Source of the DNA: an uncultured delta proteobacterium
GTDB taxonomy: Bacteria; Desulfobacterota; Desulfobaccia; Desulfobaccales; 0-14-0-80-60-11
Assembly: GCA_963812015.1 (NCBI GenBank)
Contig: CAWETI010000002.1
Span: 1,120,001-1,184,000, forward strand
Reading direction: 5' to 3'
DNA: 64,000 bases
Numbering within the stretch: the stretch's first letter is position 1; every line of letters begins with the position of its first letter. Below, piece after piece: positions 49,467 through 60,569 of this stretch. Below the pieces are notes generated by a model. The model saw only the letters and a program-made list of their open reading frames with translations, was not told the DNA's origin and made no database searches. The position numbers were made by a program, and so were the translations under genes.

Positions 49467-50627
49467 CTAAGCGATAAACAGGGTTTTTAGTTTCACCAGC
49501 AGGCCCAGATCGCCCTTGATCCGGAATTGGCCAGAAAGGAAGGCCGTAGTGCCGTCCAGCTCTTTCCGGGCGATGGCCAGCCACACATCCGCCGGAGTTT
49601 TGATGGTGATATTAGGATGATCCGCGGGACCCTCCTGGAAGGTGGCCTGGCCGTCGGCGATCACCAGGTGGGCGCTGAAGTTTTCGCTGCCGCTGACATC
49701 AAACTGGTAGGTAGCCGTGAGACCTGCAGCGGCGGCTGAGTTCAGGGCCCCGGGCATCACCTCCAACAGTTCCCGGGCGGTGTTGGGCTCCTTAGGCTGA
49801 GACCTGATCTCGGAGTGCGTCTCGGAGTGCGTCTCGGGTGGGGCCGCAATTTCGGGAGCTTCTTCCTGGTGCTTTCTCTGGGCCCTGGAGGGGATTTCTC
49901 CCATGGCGGCTTGGGAACGAGTTTGGCCGACATAGGCCTCGAAGCTCTTAAACAACCCCTGTTCCTGCCAGTGCTCGTAGTCGGCCACCATAAAATCCCG
50001 GTTATCCTTGATCAGGCTGCTCATAAATTGCCAGTAGAGCAGGTCCTGGTCTGTGGCCGGATAGCGCCGGCCTTCTTTCACCGCCCGAGCCAGGTCCCGG
50101 GCCAGGTCGGCGGCCCGGGCCTCCACCGTCTCCCGCCCCAAAAATTCTCCGGGGCTTACGGCGATGGCGGTGAACTTCCCCACGGGGAAGGCGCCGAAGA
50201 GTCTGAGGACCTGGCCCAGATAGTCGGCCGCCCAGGTTTCGCCGTGACCGGCGGAGACGCTCAGGGCCAGACCGGGCTTCCAGGTGCCCCGGGGGCGGTG
50301 GCCATAGCCCAGGGACCGATCCAGGAAGGTCTTCATCTGGGCGGTAATATTATTGATATAGACCGGGGAGGCCAGGATCACGGCATCCGCCTCCAAGACC
50401 TGCCGGACCACCGACTTGTAATCGTCCCGGACCCAGCAGGCGCCGGTTTCCAGACAGGTGGCGCAGCCGGTGCAAAAGCCGATCTGGTATTGGCTCAGAA
50501 AGATTTCTTCCAGTTCCAATCCCTCCCGGGACAGGTTCTCCCCCAGCATGGCCAACATCTGGGAGGTGTTGCCGAAGCCTTCATGCGGGGAGCCGTTGAT
50601 GGCCACCACGTGGTAGTGCTCGGTCAT
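49467..50627 (-). CDS. Iron-sulfur flavoprotein (FMN-reductase fold) fused to an SCP2 lipid-binding domain
   Basis: INGSPH..GNT, CTGCATCLETGAC, ASPVY, MKTFLDR; C-terminal ATYQFDVSG...AFLSGQFRIKGD. Confidence 0.88.
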   Translation of the reverse strand: MTEHYHVVAINGSPHEGFGNTSQMLAMLGENLSREGLELEEIFLSQYQIGFCTGCATCLETGACWVRDDYKSVVRQVLEADAVILASPVYINNITAQMKTFLDRSLGYGHRPRGTWKPGLALSVSAGHGETWAADYLGQVLRLFGAFPVGKFTAIAVSPGEFLGRETVEARAADLARDLARAVKEGRRYPATDQDLLYWQFMSSLIKDNRDFMVADYEHWQEQGLFKSFEAYVGQTRSQAAMGEIPSRAQRKHQEEAPEIAAPPETHSETHSEIRSQPKEPNTARELLEVMPGALNSAAAAGLTATYQFDVSGSENFSAHLVIADGQATFQEGPADHPNITIKTPADVWLAIARKELDGTTAFLSGQFRIKGDLGLLVKLKTLFIA

Positions 50628-50738
50628 GCCATTCTCCTTTTTTCATTCTTTTCCTGCCGGGCCAGCCGAAGGCCCTGCTCTTCAGGATGCCCATCCGGAT
50701 GCCGGCCCTCGCGAGCCGTCGTCCCCGGCGGGGCATGG

Positions 50739-51488
50739 TCAAAGACTTCGGTGCTGCAGGTGATCATCCTCTGCCGCCTTCAAGTTCTGCATGGCCATCA
50801 CCCGGTGCTGGAATACCCGATCGATGACGTAGGCCCTCAAGGCCCGGGCCACCCGGGTGAGCTCCAGGGTTACGGTTGCGTCTTGTTCAAAGGGGAGGCC
50901 CCCGGTGAGCCGGTGCCGCACGGCCATCTCCTGATCGACGATCTCGGCGGCCAGGCGGGGATAGTAGGCGCAGTCGGCCGGGGTGAGGCCCAGGTCCAGG
51001 CTGCGTCGCAGGATGCGGCCCATAGCCACGTCTTCCTGGTCGAAGCGGCCTTTCTGCAAAGGCTGCAAAAGGCAAGCGGCCACGAGTTGATCCACTTCCC
51101 GGGAACCAAGCCCGGTGGCGCGGCTGAAGGATTTCTTATCCAAGCGCTCCCGGTCGTCGGGGCGGCCAAAGATGGCGGCGTTCAGTTCCAGCAGCGGCGC
51201 CAGCTCCCGACCCTGTTCCAGGTCCCGGAGCACTTCCTTGATGGCGGCCAGGGGGAGGTGATGCTTACTCTGCATCAGCTTGATGAAGGTGAGGCGCTCC
51301 ACGCAGCCGGGGTCGTAATAGGCCATGTTGCGGCTGGTTTTGAGCGGCGGCGGCAGGAGGCCCTCCTTCAGATAATGGAGGATGGTGGACTTGGACACCC
51401 CGGTGGCGGCCACCAACTCCCGCATGCGCAGGCCGGCCGGGCTGGTTTTGTTCGGATTGGCGGTGGCGGTGATCTGTCGGTTGACCAT
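50739..51488 (-). CDS. MerR-family transcriptional regulator
   Basis: MRELVAATGVSKSTILHYLKEGLLPPP..SRNMAYY, with a second MerR-like repeat. Start uncertain. Confidence 0.88.
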   Translation of the reverse strand: MVNRQITATANPNKTSPAGLRMRELVAATGVSKSTILHYLKEGLLPPPLKTSRNMAYYDPGCVERLTFIKLMQSKHHLPLAAIKEVLRDLEQGRELAPLLELNAAIFGRPDDRERLDKKSFSRATGLGSREVDQLVAACLLQPLQKGRFDQEDVAMGRILRRSLDLGLTPADCAYYPRLAAEIVDQEMAVRHRLTGGLPFEQDATVTLELTRVARALRAYVIDRVFQHRVMAMQNLKAAEDDHLQHRSL

Positions 51489-51701
51489 GCTGTTGTCCTT
51501 GCCCGTCCTATGCGAGAAGGGTTTACCAGCAAAAAGATAAAGTGTCAAGTATTTCTCTACACTTTATAAAGAAATAAAAATAATCCCGGCGCCTCCGCCC
51601 GGGAAGGGGAGCGGCGCCTGCCGGGGTCTTGCTTTCCTGGCCACCACCCGCCCTCCACCTTGACCGGCGGCCCGGTCTCGGTGTACATTCACCCCAGAAG
51701 C

Positions 51702-51822
51702 TATTTCAAAACCGGTTTATTGTGTCCCCCTGGACGTTAGCGAAGGGTTTAGGTTATTGGAAAGAATAGATTCTTCGCTTCGCTCAGAATGACAAACTGG
51801 CGCAAAAAGAGGTTTTGAAATA
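51702..51822. repeat. MITE-like/REP composite element
   Basis: Perfect 12-bp inverted repeat TATTTCAAAACC (51702-51713) / GGTTTTGAAATA (51811-51822) enclosing AGATTCTTCGCTTCGCTCAGAATGACA. Confidence 0.65.
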
Positions 51823-51869
51823 AGTTCCAGGCCTCCGGCCCGCCCCTATTTTTAGTTTCCGGGAGAGAT

Positions 51870-52844
51870 GTGACTGCACCAATCCGGTTGCAAGAAATTC
51901 CCTTGAGCCAGATCGTCCTGTCGGAGACCGCCCTGGAGATGATGGCGGCCCCGGACCTGGACCGTGTGGCGGCATCCCTTCAGGAAGTGGGGCTGATCAA
52001 CCCTCCCTGGCTCCGGCCTCAGGCCGGCGAAGCCCGGTACACGGTGGTAACCGGGACCAGGCGTCTGCTGGCCGCAACCCACCTGGGCTGGCCGGAGGTT
52101 ACCGCCCGCCTGGTGCCGGCGGACACCCCCGATTTATCCTGCCTGCTGGTCCACCTGTTCGATAATGCCTTTAGCCGGGGGTTCAACCTTAAGGAGCAGG
52201 CCAGCCTGGCCGCCCGGCTGATGGAATATTGCGACCCCAAGACCGTGGCGGCCAAGTATCTCCCCTATCTGGGCCTCCCGCCGTCTCAGGCGCATCTGAC
52301 GCGCCTGATCAAGGCGGCCGGCCTGGAGGAAGCCTGGCTGGGGCTGGCGGCCCAGGGCCGCCTGGCCCTCACCGCCGCGGCCCTGCTGGCTGATTGGGAC
52401 CCGGCGGACCGGGCCGCCGCCTGGCCATACCTCGAGGGCTTACGGCTGAGCCAGAGCAAACAGGAAGAATTCCTGGACCAGGTCGCCCTCCTGGCCCGCC
52501 GGGAGGGGCTCGCCCCGGTGGCGATCCTGGCCCGGGACCAACTCCGCCAGGCCCTGACTGACCCGGACCGCACCCCCCCGGAGAGGACGGAGGCGGTGCG
52601 GCGGCTCCTGTCCCGCCAGGTTTATCCCCGCTTCAGCGCCGCCCGGGAGGCCTTCGAGACCGCCCTGGCCCGGCTGGGGTGGAAGCGCACCCCCCGCATC
52701 CGCCTGCAGCCGCCCCCGGCCTTTGAAGGCCCCGATTTCCACCTGGAGATCAAATTCCGGGACGCCCCGGAACTGGAACAACTCCTGGCCGAAATCGCCA
52801 CCCTGACCCGGCAGGAAGAATTCGCCGACTTGACTCGCGGGTAA
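51870..52844 (+). CDS. ParB/Srx N-terminal domain protein
   Basis: SLQEVGLINPP and YTVVTGTRRLLAA motifs, followed by a helical region. Confidence 0.8.
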   Translation: MTAPIRLQEIPLSQIVLSETALEMMAAPDLDRVAASLQEVGLINPPWLRPQAGEARYTVVTGTRRLLAATHLGWPEVTARLVPADTPDLSCLLVHLFDNAFSRGFNLKEQASLAARLMEYCDPKTVAAKYLPYLGLPPSQAHLTRLIKAAGLEEAWLGLAAQGRLALTAAALLADWDPADRAAAWPYLEGLRLSQSKQEEFLDQVALLARREGLAPVAILARDQLRQALTDPDRTPPERTEAVRRLLSRQVYPRFSAAREAFETALARLGWKRTPRIRLQPPPAFEGPDFHLEIKFRDAPELEQLLAEIATLTRQEEFADLTRG

Positions 52845-52885
52845 ATCGCCACCCCGCTCCTTGATGCCCCTGCCCAAAAATTGCC

Positions 52886-52913
52886 TTGACTATCAATCCT
52901 GTTGTTCTATGAT
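52886..52913 (+). promoter_or_regulatory. Candidate sigma70 promoter of the metallophosphoesterase
   Basis: TTGACT, 16-bp spacer, TATGAT. Confidence 0.45.
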
Positions 52914-52958
52914 GAGCCAAAATCGCAAAGTTTACAAAATCGGCCAAGGAGGGTGCAA

Positions 52959-54275
52959 ATGCTCGTATTCATCAGTGACCTGCATTTTGTGGACGGCACC
53001 GCGGGAGAGCATAACCTCTCCCCCCGGGCTTTCGAGTATTTTTTTGAAGACCTGGTGGCCATCGCCACCAAGCCCAGCAATGAGATCAAGGAGGTCAAGA
53101 TCGTTTTGTTGGGGGACATCTTTGATCTCCTGCGCACCACCAACTGGTTCGGCTATCCCGTCGACGAGAGACCCTGGGGCACTAACGAGCATGCTATTGA
53201 GGTCCACGCTCTCACCCTCTTTGACGCCCTCACCAGCCATCCCGTAAACAGCCAAACTTTTCAGATATTCCGGCAGAGGGTGGCTGACTTGCAGATTAAA
53301 TGCGGTCTGGCCACGGAGTCCAGATTGTTTTACCTGCCGGGCAACCACGACCGTCTCGTCAACCGGTACAGCAGTTTAAGAAAGAAGGTGTGCGACTGCC
53401 TGGGCATCCCGTCGGCCTGGCATGATCCCCAGGACCTCTTCCCCCATATCTATGAAGATTTGACTTATGGCCTGTTCGCCCGCCACGGGCATGAATATGA
53501 CAAGTATAATTATGAAGGTGGAAGCGCTTATACCGAAGCAGACTACCAACGGGTGCCCATCGGCGACCCCATCACCACGGAGTTGGTGGCCCGGCTGCCC
53601 TACGTCCTGGCCCGGCGCCTGGACGCCGTCCCCGGGCTCTCCCCCGCGGACAAGCAGAACATTATCAGAAATTTCCAGGAAATTGAAAATGTCCGCCCCC
53701 TGTCGGCGGTCATCGAGTGGCTCCTCTACCAGGTGCAGCAAAACCGGACCCTAAAAGAAGTCATCGAAGACACGGTGCAGGAGGTCATCGACTACTTCGA
53801 CAGCCTGGACTTCGTGAAGGCCTGGTATGCCCGCCACGACAAGTGGACCGATTGGCTGGACGAGGCCGACAAGATTCAGGCCTTCCTCTTTCTCCTGCGG
53901 CATTTTAAACTCTATAGCACTGAAAAGCTCTGGGACCTGGCCATGCGGGCCAAGGACTACTTTGTCAAGGACGACTTATTGGAAGCCGCCCCCCAGGAAT
54001 ATTTGCATCTGGATTCCCGCGTCCGTTACGTGGTCTATGGGCACACCCACGATCCCCTGGTGTCGCCGGTGCGTAGTGCCACGGCCGCCCCCGACCCACT
54101 GGAGCAGGTTTACCTCAACACCGGCACCTGGCGCGGCCGCTATTATAAGGCCACCCAGGATGACTCCTTCATCGCCTGGAAGAACATGACCTATATCATC
54201 TTTTATCAGGCGGGGGAACGTGACGACCAGTATCCGGTGTTCGAAACCTGGACCGGGAGCCTGAAGACTCTTTAG
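52959..54275 (+). CDS. Calcineurin-like metallophosphoesterase
   Basis: ISDLH, LGDIFD, GNHD, HGH, GHTH and NTGTW motifs; AGGAGG RBS. Confidence 0.9.
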   Translation: MLVFISDLHFVDGTAGEHNLSPRAFEYFFEDLVAIATKPSNEIKEVKIVLLGDIFDLLRTTNWFGYPVDERPWGTNEHAIEVHALTLFDALTSHPVNSQTFQIFRQRVADLQIKCGLATESRLFYLPGNHDRLVNRYSSLRKKVCDCLGIPSAWHDPQDLFPHIYEDLTYGLFARHGHEYDKYNYEGGSAYTEADYQRVPIGDPITTELVARLPYVLARRLDAVPGLSPADKQNIIRNFQEIENVRPLSAVIEWLLYQVQQNRTLKEVIEDTVQEVIDYFDSLDFVKAWYARHDKWTDWLDEADKIQAFLFLLRHFKLYSTEKLWDLAMRAKDYFVKDDLLEAAPQEYLHLDSRVRYVVYGHTHDPLVSPVRSATAAPDPLEQVYLNTGTWRGRYYKATQDDSFIAWKNMTYIIFYQAGERDDQYPVFETWTGSLKTL

Positions 54276-54374
54276 CGGCCCGGCCGCCCGGGAGGCGTCT
54301 CCGGGTTTAAAGTCTGGGGCGCTTTGCGCCGATGACGTCCCCAGCCGAAGCTAACTTGCCGGGAGGTCAGGCGC

Positions 54375-54659
54375 ATGGAGAAAAAAGACGACGAGGCCAG
54401 GGAAGCCCGACTGGCCGAAATGGGTAAGAGAATCGATGAGTTGAAGAGCCGGCTGGGGACGGTAACCGGCGAAGTCAAGGCGGAGTTGGAGAGACGGATT
54501 GACGCAGCTTATGCGGACCAGGAAGAGCTGCGTCAGCGGCTGCAGCAACTCAAAGACAAAGGCCTGGAGCAGTGGGACACCCTTAAGGACCAGGCCGGCA
54601 ACGCCTTGAACGGCCTGGAGAAAGCTTTGCAAGACCTGGCGGCCAAGCTCAAAAAATAA
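54375..54659 (+). CDS. Small coiled-coil protein
   Basis: GGAGG RBS; 94-aa amphipathic helical sequence. Confidence 0.75.
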   Translation: MEKKDDEAREARLAEMGKRIDELKSRLGTVTGEVKAELERRIDAAYADQEELRQRLQQLKDKGLEQWDTLKDQAGNALNGLEKALQDLAAKLKK

Positions 54660-54839
54660 CCCAGCGGCCCCCGGCCGGGTCCGGCCCGGTGGGCAAGGAG
54701 TCCCGCTCCCGCCAGAGCGGAGAGGCACGCCCCCAGGAGCTTAACCCCGACGCCAAAACTCCTTGCGCTTGGCGTCGACGTACTTATCTTGTGAGGCATC
54801 ACGTTAGGGGGCGCTAACCATTCCCCCAGGGAGCCTCAC

Positions 54840-56921
54840 ATGTCGGAACCCCGGCCCAACCGCCTCATCGATACGACCAGCCCCTATCTGCAACAGCATG
54901 CCTACAATCCGGTGGATTGGTATCCCTGGGGGCCGGAGGCCCTGGACCGGGCCCGCCGGGAAGACAAGCCCATCTTTTTGAGCATCGGCTACTCCACCTG
55001 TCATTGGTGCCACGTCATGGCCCACGAGTCGTTTGAAAATCCGGCCATCGCCGCCATCATGAACCAGCATTTGGTCAACATCAAGCTGGACCGGGAAGAG
55101 CGCCCCGACCTGGATGAAACCTACATGAATGCGGTGCAGGTGCTCACCGGCCACGGCGGTTGGCCCCTGAGCGTCTTCCTCACTCCGGATTTGAAGCCGT
55201 TTTACGGGGGCACCTATTTCCCCCCCGAAGACCGGGGGGGCCTGCCGGGTTTTCCCCGCCTGGTGCTGGCCCTCAGCCAGGCGTACCATCAGAAGCGCGA
55301 CCAGGTGACGTCCATGTCCCTGAAGGTGGAAAGCCACGTGCAGCGGCTGGGAGAAATGCCGGGGGCCGGGGGCGACCCCAGCCGGGAAACCCTGGAGGCC
55401 GCGGCGCACCGCCTTCTGAAAGATTTCGACCCGGTGTACGGCGGCCTGGGCAGCGCCCCGAAATTTCCCCGGTCCCTGGAATTGGATTTTCTGTTCCACT
55501 ACCAGCATCTCTCCGGGGAGACCCCGGTCTTGGATAAGCTGGGGTTCACCCTGGAGAAGATGGCCCGGGGGGGCATCTACGACCAGTTGGGCGGGGGGTT
55601 CCACCGCTACAGCGTGGATGCGGCCTGGGTGGTGCCCCATTTTGAGAAGATGCTCTACGACAATGCCCTCTTACCTCCCCTCTATCTGGCGCATTATCGG
55701 CTGACCGGGAGCGATCTGTCTCGGCGCATCGCCACCGAGACCCTGGATTTCATCCTGGGGGAGATGAGCGCCCCCCAGGGAGGGTTTTATGCGGCCTGGG
55801 ATGCGGACAGCGAAGGGGTGGAAGGCAAATACTATGTCTGGAGCCTGGAGGAGGTGGCCCGGGTGGCGGGGCCCGAGGCCGCGCCCCTGGTGAGCGCCGC
55901 CCTGGGAGTGACCCGGGAGGGCAATTTCGAGGGCGCCAACATCCTGACCCGGCCCAGGTCCCGGTCCGAGTTGGGGGCGCAGTTTCAGTTGTCGCCGGAG
56001 GAGGTGGGGCACATCCTGGCGACGGCGTTTGGACGTCTCAGCCAGGTTAGGACCCAGCGGGTGCCGCCCCACCGGGACGAAAAGGTCATCGTCGCCTGGA
56101 ACGGCCTGGCCATCACGGCCCTGGCCATGGGGGCCCAGGTCCTGGGTGAGCCGCGCTACTATGAGGCCGCGGCTCGGGCCGCCCGCTTCCTGCTGGGGGA
56201 GCTGCTGCAGGAGAATACCCTCTTCCGGATCTGGACTGCCGGCCGGATCAGCGTCCCGGGTTTCTCGGAGGATTACGCCCTGTTGGCCAACGCCCTCCTG
56301 GACCTGTACGAGAGCGATTTCGATCCCGCCTGGGTGAGCCAGGCCCGTCGCCTGATGGCGCGCCTGGAGGAAAAATTCCTGGATCCCGGGGACGGCATCT
56401 ATTTTTATGTGGACCGGGACCAGGCCACCCCCCTGGTCCGCTCCAAGAGCCTCTATGACCAGGTCCTGCCTTCGGGCAACTCCATGGCGGCCCGGGTGTG
56501 TTTGAGACTGCACCGGCTGACTGAGGAAGGGAAATACCAGGAGCGGGCCCAGACGATTATCCGGCAGCTCCAGTCCCACGCCCAAGAAAACCCCCGGGGC
56601 TTTGGCCATCTTTGGACGGTCCAGACTTTAGCTCTGACCCCGCCCCTGGACCTCACCCTGGTGGGCGACCCCCAGGATGCCCGGACCCAGGCCTTGGTCC
56701 AGGCGGCCTACCGCAGCTACCGGCCGGAGCGGCGCCTGGTCCTGAAAAACCCGGAGGATTGCGCCGGCCTGGAAGAACTGATGCCCTGGACCAGGGGCTA
56801 CAGCCAACCGGAGGAGGAACCGGTGGCCTATCTCTGCCGGGATTTCACCTGCCTGCCGGGCATCACTGATCCCCAGGAACTGGCGGCCACACTGAGCCCG
56901 GCGACTGAAGGGCAGGCTTGA
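54840..56921 (+). CDS. Thioredoxin-domain protein, YyaL/SSP411 family
   Basis: [40 protein letters not shown]. Confidence 0.93.
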   Translation: MSEPRPNRLIDTTSPYLQQHAYNPVDWYPWGPEALDRARREDKPIFLSIGYSTCHWCHVMAHESFENPAIAAIMNQHLVNIKLDREERPDLDETYMNAVQVLTGHGGWPLSVFLTPDLKPFYGGTYFPPEDRGGLPGFPRLVLALSQAYHQKRDQVTSMSLKVESHVQRLGEMPGAGGDPSRETLEAAAHRLLKDFDPVYGGLGSAPKFPRSLELDFLFHYQHLSGETPVLDKLGFTLEKMARGGIYDQLGGGFHRYSVDAAWVVPHFEKMLYDNALLPPLYLAHYRLTGSDLSRRIATETLDFILGEMSAPQGGFYAAWDADSEGVEGKYYVWSLEEVARVAGPEAAPLVSAALGVTREGNFEGANILTRPRSRSELGAQFQLSPEEVGHILATAFGRLSQVRTQRVPPHRDEKVIVAWNGLAITALAMGAQVLGEPRYYEAAARAARFLLGELLQENTLFRIWTAGRISVPGFSEDYALLANALLDLYESDFDPAWVSQARRLMARLEEKFLDPGDGIYFYVDRDQATPLVRSKSLYDQVLPSGNSMAARVCLRLHRLTEEGKYQERAQTIIRQLQSHAQENPRGFGHLWTVQTLALTPPLDLTLVGDPQDARTQALVQAAYRSYRPERRLVLKNPEDCAGLEELMPWTRGYSQPEEEPVAYLCRDFTCLPGITDPQELAATLSPATEGQA

Positions 56922-57068
56922 CCGGGGATTTTTTGGCCGGCGCCACCAGGGATTACCTCCAAGCCATGCCCCCCTCACGTGCGTGCGAAGAAAATTAAAT
57001 AATTTGTAAAGCTTGTTCTTAAATCATTCCTCCCTTATAATCGGGCCAGAGCCAAGGAGGGCTTATGC

Positions 57069-57818
57069 ATGGACCGCGACGCCGCCCTGAAATTGGTCCG
57101 CACCCTGACCCAGCCGGTGCTGGAACTTTTCTGCCCCGGGGAGCTCCCTGAGTTCGAAGACGATTTTGCCGCCTGGTCCTTGAGCGCCGGGGCTTTGGGG
57201 GTATCGGAACCATCCATTTTTCTCACTTCTCCCGGACACGGTCTCGACACCACCCTGGTGGCGGGGATGTTCTTCCAGGTGGTGCTGGAGGCTTCCCGAT
57301 TGCCCAGCGGTTCCCAGGAACGGGTCTCCTTCATCCGCAAGCGGGCCAAAGATTACCTGGTGACGCAACTGGCCGGCCAGATCACCCTGTCGCAGTTTTA
57401 CCGTCTGCTCAACCTCATCGAGGAAGAGGCGGGGCTTTATTTTGCCCGGCAGGATTGGTCGGGGGAAAAATCCGGCCTGCGGGAGACCCGGGAGGTCCCC
57501 CTGTCGCCCCCATTGCCGGAGCCGGTGAAGGGCGAGGCCTTGCGCCAGGCCCTGGCCAAAATCCCCCTCCCCGTGAAGGGCCGGCGCAAGCTAACCCCCG
57601 AGACCCTGTGGGACTTTCTCCGGGGGACCGAGGCCCGCTGGTTCCGCCTGCTGGACTTCGAGGCCAGGTTTCAGGTGAACAAAAAGACCGCCTGGAATTA
57701 TTTAAACCTCTTGCTCCAGGGAGGGGTCCTGGTCCACAACGGGGAGAAGGCCAACCGGGTGCGCTATGCCCTGGCCGGGCTGTTCCAGACCAATCCGGCC
57801 AACGCCCCAAGCATTTAG
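57069..57818 (+). CDS. Hypothetical protein with a possible C-terminal winged HTH
   Basis: AAGGAGG RBS; VNKKTAWNYLNLLLQGGVLVHNG...VRY resembles a recognition helix plus wing. Confidence 0.65.
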   Translation: MDRDAALKLVRTLTQPVLELFCPGELPEFEDDFAAWSLSAGALGVSEPSIFLTSPGHGLDTTLVAGMFFQVVLEASRLPSGSQERVSFIRKRAKDYLVTQLAGQITLSQFYRLLNLIEEEAGLYFARQDWSGEKSGLRETREVPLSPPLPEPVKGEALRQALAKIPLPVKGRRKLTPETLWDFLRGTEARWFRLLDFEARFQVNKKTAWNYLNLLLQGGVLVHNGEKANRVRYALAGLFQTNPANAPSI

Positions 57819-58139
57819 GCACCTTTCCGCCACCCTCCATCCACCGTCCCATGAACAGGGCGGAGCCGCAGGTTGTCCCCGACACGGCGGCCATTTCATT
57901 ATGCGGACCATATCCGAAACTATTCGCAATTTTTAAGAATTTTCTCTTATGGCAAGCTATCCGCTGTTGCACATCTCATTTAACTGCCCGCGCCAGTCGC
58001 CACACCCGATGTCTATCAACCCCAGTTTTTTCTCTGGCTCGCCGCTTTTGCGCATTGTTGGCCTTGGGTTCTCAGACCACAAGCAATTACTACTTGCCAA
58101 CCGATGGTCTCTCATGCCTTACGCTACTTTAAGGCCCTT

Positions 58140-58442
58140 CTAATCTTTTTCATTATCGATGCGGTCGAAAAACGATTTTTTGGTAAATTCCTCACGAAAC
58201 AGTTTTTCTTCGACTTTCTGCAGCCGACCTTGCGCTGCTTCTATTTTTTCCATCACGTCCGAGAGTTCCATGAGTTTAGCGCTTAATTCTTTTAGTTTGG
58301 CTTTCGCTTCCAGAAGTTCCTCTTTTGCTTGGGCTATTTCCCTTTTGGCTTCCTGTTCGCTCAACTCACCCTCCTTGATCCGGCCCCGTCGGCTGCCGCG
58401 ATCTGTTAGGCTATCCCCCCTGGCACCAATGGCCGAAGTCAA
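58140..58442 (-). CDS. Hypothetical coiled-coil protein (possibly a fragment)
   Basis: Lys/Glu heptad-rich sequence; start uncertain. Confidence 0.45.
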   Translation of the reverse strand: MTSAIGARGDSLTDRGSRRGRIKEGELSEQEAKREIAQAKEELLEAKAKLKELSAKLMELSDVMEKIEAAQGRLQKVEEKLFREEFTKKSFFDRIDNEKD

Positions 58443-58450
58443 TCAGATAA

Positions 58451-58924
58451 TTACGCCACGCGCAGTTGCGCCAGCGATGCCCGGGCGCTGCCACCGCTTA
58501 TGTCCGGCACGATCTTCAATTCAAGCGCCGTTACAGCGTCAAGATCGACGTCGTAGTCTTCGACCTCCCCCGCGGCCTCCAGCGGACTGAAGTTATACTG
58601 CTGGCGCAAAATCTCTAGGTATGACTGACCGCCGTCCGGTGACCACCGTAAAACGAACTCTTGCGTGCGCTCCACCTCACCTTCAGAGAACACCAGGTGG
58701 ATCCGATTGAGTCTCACCGGCTCATCGAACCGGAGGCGGATCGTCTGCTCCCCAGGCTGCGCGGCCCGCCAACCCGGCCCCGCACCCGGAATTAATGCCG
58801 ATTCAATCGGGTAGTCGACATCTTCGGACGTGATTTCGACCTGTGCCAAGTGTTCAAGGTTCATCCAGCCGGGCTCGGCGGCTGCGACCTCACCAGGGCC
58901 ATGACCGATAACGCGCTTGCGCAT
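58451..58924 (-). CDS. Galactose-binding-like (carbohydrate-binding) domain protein
   Basis: GAGGAGG RBS; GWRAAQPGEQTIRLRFD, ERTQEFVLRWS, RQQYNFSP. Confidence 0.75.
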   Translation of the reverse strand: MRKRVIGHGPGEVAAAEPGWMNLEHLAQVEITSEDVDYPIESALIPGAGPGWRAAQPGEQTIRLRFDEPVRLNRIHLVFSEGEVERTQEFVLRWSPDGGQSYLEILRQQYNFSPLEAAGEVEDYDVDLDAVTALELKIVPDISGGSARASLAQLRVA

Positions 58925-59361
58925 AGAGCACCTCCTCATTTCTCACTCAACGTAAAAGCCACACATTGAGAGCGGGCAGGGTTAGGGCTGGCCCTGCTAT
59001 TTCTCATAGAGTCTTATAATTTTCGGGCTGAGGCGACTTCTCCTGTTGATATTCACCACACCACTCATTTTCTGCCGTAGGGGGCCATGCCGTGTGTTGG
59101 GACGTTTCCTGTGGCGTAACCTGGGCTTTGGGACATGACGGCGCAAAGTTCCCATTGCCCCGGACGTCCCGGCATTTATCCTATCTTATGCCAAAACTCG
59201 CAATGAGAAGATAGGGGCCGCATGGTCTTGCCCTCCTTTAAGGAAAGGATAGCACGAAATCCCTCTAAGCACCGCAAGACAAAAACGACAAGGTGTCTAC
59301 CTTGCCGGGGCAGGAGATGGCCGATTCGGGTAAAATCGGGGCGGCCATCTTCTTTTACTGG

Positions 59362-59647
59362 TCAATTCTGGGTTTGACCGCGCACCACGGGTATGCTCAC
59401 CTCGACAGAGTGTTCCTGACGGTCGTCAACCAGGGGAATAGTGTTATCGGGTTGGTCGACGCCATCAAAGGTCACACGCGTCTCGCCCTTCCCGGACAGC
59501 GACCGCTGGACGGCGATGTGGTAGACCGTCTCCCGATACCGGTAGTGCATCGTGAAGCCCGGCCAATCCGACGGGAGACACGGCGTGAACCGCAGCTTGT
59601 CCACCTCAAGCCTCAGCCCCAGGAGTGATTCCACGATAAGCCGGTAC
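59362..59647 (-). pseudogene. C-terminal fragment of a GH94 / cyclic beta-1,2-glucan synthase-type protein, truncated by IS3
   Basis: YRLIVESLLGL...PCLPSDWPGF.MHYRY..TVYHI...IPLVDD begins exactly at the IS end. Confidence 0.8.
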
Positions 59648-59676
59648 TGACCTGCCCCCGATAGTTGTACCAAGTT

Positions 59677-60519
59677 TTAAGTTAGAATTGGGGTCAAGTC
59701 AAGCCAGAGATCCTGGCGGAGCATAGCGTAGCCAGGATCTCTGGAAATCACCTGGATGGCCTCGGGTGCGGGTGGCCGATAACCCAAGGCGCTGTGAGGC
59801 CTTGCCGTATTGTATTCCCGCCGCCAGCGTTCTATAAGGATCTGGGCCTCCTTCAGGGTGGTGAAAATCTCCCCGTTGAGCAACTCATCCCGCAGTTTTC
59901 CATTGAAGCTCTCGTTGTAGCCATTCTCCCAGGGACTGCCAGGTTCAATGTAGAGCGTTTTGACTCCTACTCGGCTTAACCACTCCCGAACCGCCCTGGC
60001 CGTAAACTCCGGCCCGTTGTCTGATCGGATATAGTCTGGTGGGCGCCGTGACACAAACAGCTCTGTCAACCGATACAACACCGCATCTGCATCAAAACGC
60101 CGGGACACCTCGATGGCCAGGCATTCCCTGGTGTACTCATCAATGATGGTGAGCATTCGGAAAGCTTTGCCATCGTGAGTCCGCGCCATCACGAAGTCAT
60201 AGGACCATACATGGTTCGGCCAGCAGGGCCGGAGACGAACACAAGATCCGTCGCTTAACCACAACCTGCCCCGCTTTGGCTGCTTCTGGGGCACCTTCAG
60301 CCCTTCCTGTCGCCAGATCCGTTCCATTCTTTTATGGTTCACCACCCAGCCGTCACTTCGCAGCAACGCCAGGATACGGCGATAGCCGTATCGCCCATAC
60401 CTGCTGGCATGGCCAATGATGGCCGCAGTCAGCCCCACCTCGTCATCAGGCTCGGTGGCTTGGTAACGCTGGGTCGCACGCGGTTGCCCAATCACCCCGC
60501 AGACACGGCGTTCCGACAC
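59677..60519 (-). CDS. IS3 OrfB (DDE integrase core), probably expressed as a -1 frameshift fusion
   Basis: [38 protein letters not shown]. Confidence 0.93.
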   Translation of the reverse strand: MSERRVCGVIGQPRATQRYQATEPDDEVGLTAAIIGHASRYGRYGYRRILALLRSDGWVVNHKRMERIWRQEGLKVPQKQPKRGRLWLSDGSCVRLRPCWPNHVWSYDFVMARTHDGKAFRMLTIIDEYTRECLAIEVSRRFDADAVLYRLTELFVSRRPPDYIRSDNGPEFTARAVREWLSRVGVKTLYIEPGSPWENGYNESFNGKLRDELLNGEIFTTLKEAQILIERWRREYNTARPHSALGYRPPAPEAIQVISRDPGYAMLRQDLWLDLTPILT

Positions 60520-60569
60520 CGGCAGAGCCTTCCGGATATGCTCAATGCATTGCCGCCGACGGGTCGGGC

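Noticed and set aside
49809..49836. Tandem CTCGGAGTGCGT repeat
   Set aside because: Encodes the ETHS linker repeat within the flavoprotein-SCP2 gene.
49815..51569. 584-aa plus-strand ORF
   Set aside because: Antisense to two well-supported genes; no recognisable domain.
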